The position numbers were made by a program, and so were the translations under genes. The notes below the pieces were generated by a model. It searched no databases, had not been told where the DNA came from, and saw nothing but the letters and a program-made list of their open reading frames with translations. From the human T2T-CHM13v2.0 reference genome, Homo sapiens: a DNA stretch of 64,000 nucleotides. The stretch lies in assembly GCF_009914755.1 (NCBI RefSeq), contig NC_060925.1; one strand, given 5' to 3'. Position 1 is the first letter of the stretch. Each line of letters starts with the position of its first letter. Of the stretch, positions 29,690-43,095 are shown piece by piece.

Positions 29690-29780
29690 TCATCCTGTGC
29701 CTGTGAAGTTGATTTTTTTGAACCCACATTGTAGGACTTTACATTTATGCCTATTAAATTTCATCCTGTTGTTTTGGACC
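29690..29780 (-). mobile_element. CR1/L3 LINE reverse-transcriptase C-terminal relic
   Basis: Minus-strand frame reads NNRMKFNRHKCKVL, resembling the CR1 RT motif (NxMKFNxxKCKVLHLG). Confidence 0.75.
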
Positions 29781-32309
29781 TGGAAATGGGAATAGGAGGC
29801 TGAACTAATAAGCTCTGACTCAAGCAGCACAGAGGCACTGCCCCGGGAAGAGCTGCAACCCCCAGGAAAGGACAAGGGCCTAGAGGAGCCAGGCTCTCAG
29901 AACTAAGGTGACAGCCACAGCTGTGAGGGCCTCAGCCAGCTCTGCCCTTTGTTTGCCCAACACCCGGACACAAGAATCAGCTCTTGTTACCAGAATCCCA
30001 TCAAGAAGGGCAAAGCACTACGCTTTCAAAAATAAAGCCACATGTGCAAACTGTTGTCATAAACATAGCCCTGTTCAAGGCCTCCGCTGCATTCCTCCTT
30101 GGAGAGCAATATGTTTCATTTCTTCAACATAAACAGAATCAGATTTATTACATTCCGACAATGTTTCTAGGATGGGGACTGAGAAAGCTGCATTTCTGGG
30201 AACAAAAGGCACTTGTGCATAAGTGTGCAAAGAAAAAGGAGACAAGAGACAAAAACCACCTTCCAGACTCTGGGCCCCGGCAACTGTGATCCATGTCAAG
30301 AACCCTCATGCAATCTGCCCTGCATGGCTGGCAGAGACAGCAGGAGACAGAGGCTGATTTAAGGCTAGGGCTGAAGATCATGTGTCCGGCCAGACTTACC
30401 ACAGGCTGCCATGGGCCCCAGAGTTTCACAACATTTAAAGTCTATCTCCCCGGTGCCCAAACACATCGATTCAAGGAAACCTCCCTGAGACCGAGAGGCC
30501 CAAAAAGGCGCAAGGCTCATTTCTGCCTGTCCTCAGGAGCCAGGGAGGCACGCACAATCCCGTAAGACAAGCACTCTGATCCCTGGAAGGTGTCAGAGAA
30601 ACAGCAAGGGGCTGGGTTCTCACTCAAATGGTCAGCTCTTGTCGCTTCTCCCAGGCTGGACAAGGCAGCAACGCAGAGGAATTCCTGGGGAATCCAGGCA
30701 GGAAAAGGAAGTAGCTGGGGGAAGGGCAGGAGAAATAAGTCTCGCAAGGGAGGATTAAGAGCAGGAGCCAAGATGATGTCACAGGACAAGCATGGGCACT
30801 GGAGCCAGAGAGATGGGCGCCAATTCCAGCTTTACCGCTTCCTGTGTGGCTTCGACCGATTACTTAACCTCTCTGAGCTTCAGCTACTACATCTGCAGAA
30901 AGAAGGGAATAAACAGAACCATCTCTAAAGTTCTTCTAGCACTGGCACTCTGGATTCTTAGCCAGGGACTTCTGTACCTCTGATGGGCATAACTTCTTAA
31001 ACTTCTAACTATCCATTCCAGAAAGACTATAATCCAGTGGGCTATCCTGTTTCCTTTTACCCACTGGGTCTCTGCAGTAAGCAGGGCAAATATGAGATGG
31101 GATTAAATGGATGCTGACTAACATGGCCCCCCACGTTGGGGGACTCACCGGAAATCTTCCTGAAGCCCTCAGAGGCCCCAGCCCCCGACTGCCTCTCCTC
31201 CTTCCCTCCTTTTCTCCTTCCCTCACAACACTAATTGGGAGGGACTGCATTCAATTCCTGCCCATTCTCGGTGAGCATCCCTGGCTCCCATGCACACGCA
31301 GGTGGGGAGGGGAGAGCCAGCACTGTCCAGAGCCTCCCAAGCCCACGGAGCCAATGGGCTCCAAGCAGATGCCCCCAGGCCCTGTACAGATGGGCCTGGT
31401 TCAGCAGCTTTTCAAAGTCAACAGAGTAAGGTTTTCAAATCCTAAAAGGCTTCTCAAGCCTCTTCTAATCTGTCTGCCATTTTGTTTTGTCTGCTCAGCG
31501 CAAGTCAAGGGGAACTTGACATTTGGAATACTAACTGCAAATAATCCCACACCAAGGACAGGGCTTTGGCGTGCTGCAGCATCAGCATGTGGCTCACAAG
31601 GATGCTGGGGACACTCGAGCTATATGCAGAGGGTCCCAGAAGGCACACGTTAGGTCAGGCCCCTCAGCCACGTGCGTGGTAACCACCCTGAATAGCCAGC
31701 TCCCCAAGGACAGGGCTGAGCCCAATTCACTGGCTTCCTCAACATCATGCCCAGGGTGTGACAGAGGGGAGGTCCCGCGCAGAATCTACTCTGGATGGAG
31801 GAATGCACACAGAGGTGGAGGGGGAAAGCATGTGCAACTGGTATCTTGACAGCTCTCAACGTCAGCCTCTGCCCCAAGCCAACCAAGCAAAGTGCGCTGC
31901 CGCAGGTGAGACACACTGCTTCTCTGGGCTTCCGCTGTCTTCTCTTCCTTCCACTTTGTGACAGTTACTGGCTCCCCAGTTGACCTTCACAGTGGAATCG
32001 GCCAGCAACCTCTTCACTCTGGCCACACACCTCCACCCACCCCAACGGTTCACAGGGCACACAGGCAGGCCTCATGACCATCCCAGCCTCACACACACTC
32101 AGGTGGCACAGTGCATGAGCCAGGCCAGGACCTGGTGTTGCAGAAGCTGGTTTAACCCTTGCTTTGCAATAACCCACCCTGGCCTGCCCTCTCAAGGAAG
32201 AGGCGCAGGGATCTTAGGGCAGGCTTTGTGCTGCTGAGGCTGTTCTCGCTCCAGTCTCTGACTTCAAGCAGCAAAAGGTTGGCTGAACCAAAGCATTTTG
32301 TTTTCCTCA

Positions 32310-32312
<3 letters not shown>

Positions 32313-32340
<28 letters not shown>

Positions 32341-32620
32341 TGAGATGGAGTCTCAGTCTGTTGCCCAGGCTGGAGTGCAGTGGCACCATCTCCGCTCACT
32401 GCAACCTCCCTCCGTCTCCCGGGTTCCAGCGATTCCCTTGCCTCATGAGTAGCTGGGACTACAGGCATCCACCACCACACCCGACTAATTTTTGTATTTT
32501 TAGTAGAGACAGAGTTTCACCATGTTGGCCAGGCTGGTCTTGAACTCCTGACCTCAGGTGATCACCTGCCTTGGCCTCCCAAAGGGCTGGGATGATAGGC
32601 GTGGGCCACCATGCCCGGCC
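32313..32620 (-). mobile_element. AluSx-type full-length with long poly(T)
   Basis: Reverse dimer; TSD-like TCCTCAAGCTTTT / TCCTCAAACTTTT. Confidence 0.92.
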
Positions 32621-32626
32621 TCCTCA

Positions 32627-32800
<174 letters not shown>

Positions 32801-34189
32801 TTATTTTTGAAAAATAATGAGAATAAAGTCCCAGGCCGACTGAGAAATAAAATGAGATATAATGATTGTAACCATCCATGACATCATGTGTGTATATTAC
32901 ACTCAACAGCAACTAAACCGGAAGTGCTTCTCCAGTTTGTGAAGCCAGCTTCTGCACTCACTGCCTGCTCCAGGAAGTTGCCTGTGACTGCCCCTGTGGT
33001 CCCGGTGTCCCTCTCCTGTGTTCACAGCCTCGGTGCCCCTACTGCAATGGGGCTGCATAGCCGGCACCTACGGCAGGGCGGGCTGATATGCTTGCCTTGC
33101 ATATGCTAAAGCGAATGTTTATTTTTCCATTTCCCCAACTAGACTGTAAAATCCTTGAGGGACAATACCTTATTCTACTTTACTTTGCAAATACCTGGGA
33201 AAAGATCTAGCATGTATCTCACACTGAAAAACCATCTGTTGAATAAATAACCAAAGTGATGAGCACATGGCTGCCCGCCTATGCTTCCCGCCCTCTCACT
33301 CCCGACCCCCAACCCCACTTTCTCCACCCGCTAGAAGCATTCTGAAGAGAATGGAAAATCTCAGCCAACTATTCAGGGTAACTGTCCGGTCACTCTGCGT
33401 CCATTTGCCTTTACGGCAATATATATACTAAAGGGTATGAGCTCAAGTTTCCATACATACCCAGGCAGCCAAGGGAGTTCTCTCTTCCCAGCCGAGGCTA
33501 AACAGGGACCCAACCACAAGCATCCAGTAATTCTGAATATGACGTGAACAACGTAAAAATAGCTCCTGTATCTCTTTGCCCCCACCCTTCTCCCCAACAA
33601 CACAAAGGGCAGAAGAGAGTGACACCCCTAACAAACAGCCCCAGCCTCCTACATCTGGACCAGCTGCTGTGAGCCAACAGGGTATTCTAAATTATACTTT
33701 AATTACCATAATTTTTCACAGGTACCTGAAACCAGATCATGACGACGGTGCAAGAAATCCCCAAATAGGATGCACGAGGTCCAAGTTAAAGCTAGTCTTC
33801 TAAACACACACCTTTTCTCACATGCCTTTTATTTCATGTAGCACTTTACAGTCTGCAGAGTGCTTTCATGGGCCTTCTCTCTCCCACAGGCTCTGGATTA
33901 AGACAACATGGTTCAATTCCAGCCTCCAAAGTATCCTGCCCTCTCCAGAGACCCTTCACCTATCACCATTTGGTGCAATCTGTAACAGAAAAAAAAAGAA
34001 AAAGAAAAAGAATAGGAAATGGGGGAGAAGGGGGTCTTATCTTATCCCATGGGTTACTAGGAATGTTAAGGATTAAATGGAAAGCATAGTTAAGATTTTT
34101 AAAGAGAAAGCACTTATTGAGGATAATTGATGCTGGACAGATAGCAGATTCTTGGCAGACACACATTCTCAGTGTGGATGTGTCTATAC

Positions 34190-34395
34190 AGCTAATGGTT
34201 AGAAGCGTGAGCTCTGAAATTAATCTGCTTAGATTTGAATCCTGTCTGCAACATTTTAGCTATGGGGCCTTGGGCCTCAGTTTCATCAACCAGAAAACAG
34301 GAATGATAGCAGTAATTACTTCACAGGCTCTTGCGGAGTTCATGAAATAAATGCGAGTAAAATACTAGCCTAGCCCTAGCACATAGTAACCACTA
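34190..34395 (+). mobile_element. MIR
   Basis: GGTTAGAAGCGTGAGCTCTG...GGCCTCAGTTTCATC...GCACATAGTAA. Confidence 0.75.
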
Positions 34396-34456
34396 AAAAA
34401 AAAAACATCATTGCAGGAGAGGGGAATCTCTAGTGCCTTAAGAAAGGGGAAAGATC

Positions 34457-34760
34457 AGCCGGGCATGGTGGCTCACACCTATAATCCTAGCACTTTGGGA
34501 GGCTGAGGCAGGTAGTTCACCTGAGGTCAGGAGTTCGAGACCAGCCTGGCCAAGATGGCGAAACCCCATCTCTACTAAAAATACAAAAATTAGCCGGGCA
34601 TGTTGGCGGGCGCCTGTAATTCCAGCTACTTGGGAGGCTGAGGGTAGGAGAATTGCTTGAACCAAAGGGGCGGAGGTTGCAGTGAGCTGAGATCGTGCCA
34701 CTTCACTCCAGCACGGGCAAAAAAGCAAAACTCCATCAAAGAAAGAAAGAAAAGAAAGAA
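34457..34760 (+). mobile_element. AluS (Sq-like) with (GAAA)n tail
   Basis: Full dimer, CACCTGAGGTCAGGAGTTCGAGACCAGCC. Confidence 0.9.
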
Positions 34761-36319
34761 CGAAAGGGGAAAGGCGGAAAGGTCAAACATAAACTTCAGC
34801 ATCATATACTAATGCTGGAAGGGAGGGTGGGGTAGGAGCAGGACCCCATGCTTCTCTGGCTCTACTTCTTTCTTAACACACCTTTCTTCCCCCACCTAGA
34901 GGATAAGCGCCTTCAAGGAAGGCATTTGCTTTTTGGTAAGCTCTCAGGTCCCTGACATGTGACTTGGCATAAAACTTTGGTTCAGTCAATATTTACAAAA
35001 TTAATTGAACAAATTAATTTTATCTCTCTTGCCTCTGTGCATTCCAGATATCAAAAAGAAACACCCTGCACAAAGAAAGTCCTCTAAAGGTAGCTTGTCT
35101 CTTTTCGGCTGCAGTAATATTTGCAAAGGGAGTCGGTATCCCCGCATATGCCAAAGTGCCAACCCACCAATGTGGTGTTTGCTGCCATTGAGAGCCAGAG
35201 GTGCTTCCTTGTAGAGGCTCAGGGGTTCTGCTCTCCAGAGATGTGAGCAGCTTCAAGCCCACCCATCTCCCCAAGTTGTGGGCATATGCCTGTCCAGGGG
35301 TGGCAGGGAGGGAGGGACAAAAGGGCCAAGTGGCTCCCGTGAAACCCCAAAAGCAAGTCCACGCACAGCAAGGAGAAATGAGTACACACTTTATTTTTAG
35401 CCACGCATGATGGAAAGTTACTCTGGGAATGGTGCAAATTTTGCTTCATCACCCTCGGTACCTTTCCAGGATCCTCAGTGGCTTCCCAGGGAAATGACTG
35501 ATAAGGGGACAAAGGAATTTCTGAGGTTCTTTCAGAGGTGGAGAGGCAGGAGACAGAAACGACGTAAAACAAGGTTGGGGAGAAAAAATGGACTCCATGA
35601 ACACCCAGGACACTCCCATACCAGCCCAGAGGGCTGCAGGCTCCTACAAGTAGGTACAGCCCCACTGGCTAAGAGGAGGCAGAAGGTCCCCACCAGAGCC
35701 AATCCAAGAAACAAGGCTGTCATTCCACTCCACCCTGCTGGAAAGCAGGGCAGTGGAAAGAACCAGGCTATGGAATCAGGAACATCTGAATTTCAATCCC
35801 ACCTCTGCTGTGTTTTGAGACCAGCAACTTAAGTTCCTCAAGCCTCCATTCCCTCCTCTGTAAATCGGTGCTGCCAAACTGAGTCGCTCTCCAGGCCAGT
35901 GAAACAATGTCTGCATAGTAAGCCGGCTGGCACCTGGTGCTGGATTAACTCTCTTTCCGCAATTAAACTGAGGCTCAAGTAGAGGTCTCCCAAGGCCCTA
36001 CTGTTGTGTGGTCTTGGCAAAGTGCTTTCTGTTCTCTAGGCTCCACGTCTTTCCACCTACCAAGACAACATGTTGGCAGAGACCTTTCAAGGTCCCTGCC
36101 TGTTCTGGGATGCTGCTAAGCACCCTGGCCTTGTGGACTGCTGGCCAGACGTCTCCCCTTTAATGTGTTGGGGGCTCCACTCTGAAGCCATATCCTGACC
36201 TCACAGTGGGCCCATACCTTGAGAAACCTTAAAAAATTACAGTGATTTCTGATTATAATGTTTATTTCCTTGCCTTCACCCAAACTGCATCCATGGGCCA
36301 AAGAGAATAGATGCCGACC

Positions 36320-36860
36320 TGCCATCCATTCATTCCACAAGGATTTACTGAGCTCCCATGGTAGTAAGTGCTGTGCTGGGCAAGGATGACCAAGGGCAAA
36401 AGTGAACAGGACAGTAAAGAGGATAGCCCAGTCCTTACCTTCCCAGAGCTTAATTGCTACCTGCCGTAAAATATGTTAATTCCTTTATTATGGTTGTGGA
36501 GGAAACATGTACCCTAAAACTTAAAGTATAATGATTGAAAAAAAAAAAAAGAAGTCCTGGGAGCCAAGTGGGTACATGACAGGAGGCCTGACCCAGCCAG
36601 CGGGCCGGACAGGGTCCCTAGGAAGTACCCTGTAGGCTGAGGTCTGAAAAATGAGCAGGTACTAACCTGGAGAGCAGGGAGAGAGAGAGGGGGAGAGAAG
36701 CACCTTCCACGCAGAAGGAACAGCATGTGCAAAGGCCAGTACCTGGCACTTCTGAGAAACCAAAAGAAGCCCAATGTGGCTGGAGGGCAAAGAGGGAGGA
36801 GGCTGGAGGGCAAAGTTGTCCAAGTCAGGGCTACGAAGGCAGGCTTTCAAAATGCGGACT
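36320..36860 (-). mobile_element. L2 fragment
   Basis: CATTCATTCCACAAGGATTTACTGAGC...GCAGAAGGAACAGCATGTGCAAAGGCC...TGTGGCTGGAG resembles the reverse L2 3' region. Confidence 0.7.
36505..36550 (+). mobile_element. Very short 5'-truncated L1PA 3' end
   Basis: ACATGTACCCTAAAACTTAAAGTATAAT plus A13 matches the terminal sequence of young primate L1s. Confidence 0.8.
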
Positions 36861-39560
36861 GACACCACACTGTGTAAGGCCACGCGCAGAGGGATTTCCT
36901 GGAATGTCTGGATCTGGGCAAAGTTTCCCTGCGGAGAGCACCAGGAGAGGTACTGATGGCCCAAGGCACAGGAAAGCAGCGCAGCCCAGGCTGCAGAGTC
37001 CAGGCATCCAGGTCTGGAACTGGAAGGTACTTCGCAAAGTGCCCTCCTCAAATGCCCTTTCCATTTTCCAAAGGGTTTGCTCCACTCCTGCCCCCACGCC
37101 CACTTGTTTCACTTCTTATTTTTATTTGTTTTTAAACCAGGGCCTTCTTACGGTCAGGTTAATGCATTTTTAAAAAGAAAGCCCTGAATGTGTGGCCCTC
37201 CCTCCCTGGGAGGAGATGGGTGGATCAATAGCCCTCTTAGCTCTTCCTCTACCACCAGCAGTGACCAGAGCAGTGGGTGGGGCCAGGGCAGGTGTGGGCT
37301 CTCTGCAAAGTGGGCCTGAGAGCCAGGCATTTATGCCTTCCCTCCCCACCCCCTCCCATTCCCAGGCAAGGCCTCCCACACCCTGTCCTTCACCACCTAC
37401 CGTGGTAAAGCCCAGGAACAAAAGGGACAGACTGGGGGAAGGCAGAGAACACTGGGCAATCTAAAAACCCAAGTTCAATCTCTGCTGCTCAGCCTCTTAG
37501 CAGCCTTGAAACCTTGGACAAGAAAGAAGCTAACCTCCCTGAACCTCAGTATTCTTAAGTAAAACGTGGGGATCTGTGTAAAAATTACGTGAGGTCATGC
37601 GGAAAGGCACCTGGCACACCCTGGGCAGGACCCTTCCCCGAGTCTCCCACACCCCAGCCCTCTGGATCCACTCTGTTATCACAGACCCTTCTGCTGCCTC
37701 CCCTCCCAGTGAGCTGACACGCTTTGAGCTTCCTCAAGGGAAAACGCTCCCCGATGCCGACAGATGGGGAGTCCTAAAATACAGCGTATGGATCATGTTT
37801 CGTGACTAGCAAAACACGCCAGCCGGGACACTTTGAGAACCCGGCCGGTTTTCAGGAACAGGATTTTACACATTTCCCAGGATTGGCGGATCTGCGCTCG
37901 CCTCCACCCGCCTGCGAGCTCCATAGCCCGGATCCTGTACCAGGGGGATACTTAGGACAGGTGGGGGGAAGAGGGGAGGCTGTGCCCTAACCCTCTGCCG
38001 CTTTTCATATTGCTACTACCATTTATGTATTGAACACGTGATACATTCCTCGCTGCGTGTCAGGTGTTTGGCATGTGTTCTGAAGCCACCCTGCCTAGGT
38101 CCCCATCCTGGATCTAACTGTACGGCCCTGGACAAGTCACTTCATCTCTCTGAGCTTCACTTTGCTCATCTGTGAACAGGGGTGGTAGTACCTTCCCCTC
38201 ATGGGGCCAGGGTGGGGACTGGGTGAACAACATCAGAGCTCAGTAGACATGAACTGCTGCTATAATCAAACCACACGGTGACTATCACTGTAGCTATCCT
38301 ACTGAAGGTAAAACGGACACTAAGAGGCCATGCCAGCTGTCCAGGCCACCCAGTGGCAGGGGAGCAGGTCTGCCTCTGAAGGGGATCAGGGATGGGCTTC
38401 AGAGGGTTTGCAAACCCCAACCCCTGGCCTTATGGCGCACAATTATTTGAATACATGTGAATGTGCAGTGTTCAGAGAGGAGGGCAATGAATTTCAGTCT
38501 CCCAGGTATCTACGGCCCCATAAAGGTTACAAACCATGGCTTCATATAACTATATCTACTTGACACACATAAGGTCACCCTGGCACAGCAGTCCTGAACT
38601 CTAGGATCTGGAGCAAGGATTACACCCCACCCCGTCTACCCAAAGGAAAGACATTGGTTCTTGGCAACATCAATCACAAAAAGCTTTGGACCAGGAGAAG
38701 GGGCTAGGAGAGCCACTAGCAGGGAAGTGTGTTAACACAGGTTCCGGAATTTTAGAAGAGGACATGCAACTCAAGAAACTGAGGAAGAGTAGTCTGTACT
38801 TCCATGGGATCCAAGAAGACCCGAAGGAGAAAAAGAAGAGATGGTGGGAAGCTCAGTACCTGGCAACTGAGGTAGCACCTGGGGGTGCGGGGCATGATGG
38901 CCAAGAGGTGCCCCTGATTAGACACCTGGGCTCAGTCACTCCAGTGGACTGACATTACCCTACTGGACTTGAGCTTGTAAGGGCAGAGAAACGTTGAGGA
39001 AAAAAAAAGTCACACCAAGACATGAATCAGGATATGAACAATATTAATCTTTGAGAAGTGGAATTACCAGAGTTTTGTTTACGTTTATTATCTAATTTCC
39101 TTCACAGTGAACATATATCATATACATCCACTGGAAAGAAGACACAAAACCAATCTACTTACAAAGACAGCTATGCACTGCACACAGTCTTGGCATAATA
39201 AATACTTGTGCTTCTGCCCAAAGTAGGCTCTTGAAGCCCCCTTTTGAGAATGAATGATTCAAGCCACTCCCAGAAAAGGTATCATTTTGGGAATAGAGAA
39301 TGGGGTGATTCGAATATGTTCAAGACACTTCTGTGGGTGATTCATTTAGGGGCATAAAGATGGGCTCTGCTTCCCCGTGATGACTGCTGGGGCAGCTAAT
39401 CCCATCACCTCTTAACACACTCGGTGTCGTCAGTACAGGCAAGGCCTTGTAAAGAGAGGAAAGAATTGGGGGAAACATCCGATCAATCTTTTTTTCTGTT
39501 TTTGTGGGTGGGAAGAAAGGAGCAAAGAGATGAGAGATAGCAACAGAGAACAGGTTCTCA

Positions 39561-39690
39561 GGTTGGGTGGTTCACACTTGTAATCCCAATGCTTTGGGAG
39601 GCCAAAGCAGGAGGATCACTTCAGCTCAGGAGTTCGAGACCAGCCTAGGCAATACAGCAAGACATTGTCTCAAATTAAAAAGAAAGAAAT
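39561..39690 (+). mobile_element. FLAM_C-like Alu monomer
   Basis: TGTAATCCCAATGCTTTGGGAGGCC...AGGAGTTCGAGACCAGCC plus A-rich tail. Confidence 0.82.
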
Positions 39691-40549
39691 TAACACAACA
39701 AGGTCTCCCACTGCTTGAGCGCGTCGCTGGCAGACAGTGCCCATTAGTCCACGTGCGTACAGCTGTAAATTGCATTTGGTGCGTGTGGTTTTTCCTCACA
39801 GCACTGAGGAGACGTATAATTCAGACTTCCTATTTATATTACACTTGTTTCCTCCAATACAATGGCTACAAATGCTTTCTACTCCACTCCTGTCATCTGT
39901 GCGGAAATTCTCCTGATACACGGGGAGACTAGAAAGTTACAAGAGTTCTCGTGCGTGGCCAGCAGGCTCAGTCTCAGTTCTCTCTGCTCGGATGGGAAAC
40001 TTCTGCAAGGGAAGAAAAAGGGCTGAACCCAGCCGTTAGAAACTAACTTACACTTGGCTTCTTCATGCTTATCCACTGCAGAAACACAGGAGCCCCCATA
40101 AAAAACATCCTTATTGACACTATGCAATATTTGCCCTTCCAATAAAACAGTTCCCAGCTACCAAGGCAGCCTGGAAGAGAGGACACCAAGAGCCGCACTC
40201 TAAAAACCACCCGAGTCTCAGCCCTCCCATCCAGGGAAAAGACCAAGGCACTGGAAGAACCTCTAAGCCCATGGTCCCAGCTCCTTTCCCCACACCTTCC
40301 TTCAGAGAGAAGGAAGAGTAATCTCACCTGAGCCAGCTGGCCTCAAAAGTAATAGGGCAGAAAAGAAAAGCCTTCCGCATTTCAAAGGCCCTCTCTGAAG
40401 TGCTTGCATGAACATCTCCTTTTAAGATTTCCTTTAAAATCCTTGGTTTCCACAGAAGTAACTAGCGTCTCACCCCAAACGCCAAGCAAAGTCTCTGTGC
40501 CTGACCAAGCCCTGACCATGGCACAGAGCAGATTCCTAACAGAAGATTA

Positions 40550-41168
<619 letters not shown>

Positions 41169-41360
41169 ATTACTGTACTGACTAAAGTTACAGAGTAGAT
41201 TAAGATCTTTAGGTCCCCTTGTAACAGGAATTTGAATTTTGATTTGGGGCCTGGCACTGTCACCCTATGCTGGGGGTTGAATTGTGTACCTCCAAAAGAT
41301 ATGCTCAACTCCTACCCCCAGTACCTGTGAATGGGCTCTTATTTAGAAATACAGTCTCCT

Positions 41361-42108
<748 letters not shown>

Positions 42109-42193
42109 TAAATCATCTCTGGGTTACTTATAATATCTAATACAATATAAATACTAGGTAAATAGTTGTTAGGCTGTTTTTTAATTTGTCCCC

Positions 42194-42356
<163 letters not shown>

Positions 42357-43068
42357 TGAATATTTTTGATTACTGAATCCGCAAATGCTGGCTGAACCTG
42401 CAGATGTGGAAGGCCGATTCTACATCCTTTTGCAAGTATCACTTAGCAAAAATGAGGTGATATTGGATTAGGGTGGGTCCTGATGCAATGACTGGTATCC
42501 ATATGAAATGAGGGGAATATAAAATGAGATGCACAGGGAGGTGCCATGTGATGGCAGAGGCAGAGATTGGAGTCCTAGGGGCCAAGGAATGCCAAGGATT
42601 GCAGCAACGCTGGAAGATAAGAGAAAGGCATGGGCAGATGCTCCTCTAGAACCTTCAGAGGGCATGGCCCTGCGGGCACCTTCCTCGTGAACTTTCAGCC
42701 TCCAGAACATTGAGACTAAGTTTCTGTTGTTTAAAGCCACCTAGTTTGTGGTACTTTGTTACTGCGTCTAGAAAACTAACAGGTCTGGAAATCATTCACT
42801 CCAAGGCTCTCAACACTCTCAGCCACCCAATCACCCACCCCTTTCCTCACTGTGTGCACTGTTGCCACTTCAGGATTATATGACTCCGTGCAACCAACCA
42901 CGACCTTCTGCAAACACCATCCGGAGAGGTCAGAGTCCCCATATCCATCTGGGGACAGAGACACAAAGTCATCTTTATCGGGTGGCGGACTCTGCCCCTC
43001 AGTCCGCCAACTGAGAACCGCCAAGGAAAGTCTGAGGTAACCCACAAGGTTTGGGAAATAGAAGGCAT

Positions 43069-43095
43069 GGGGGGCGGGGGGGGGGGGGGGGCGGG
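43069..43095 (+). repeat. Poly-G tract (G6-C-G16-C-G3)
   Basis: Read directly from the sequence. Confidence 0.9.
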
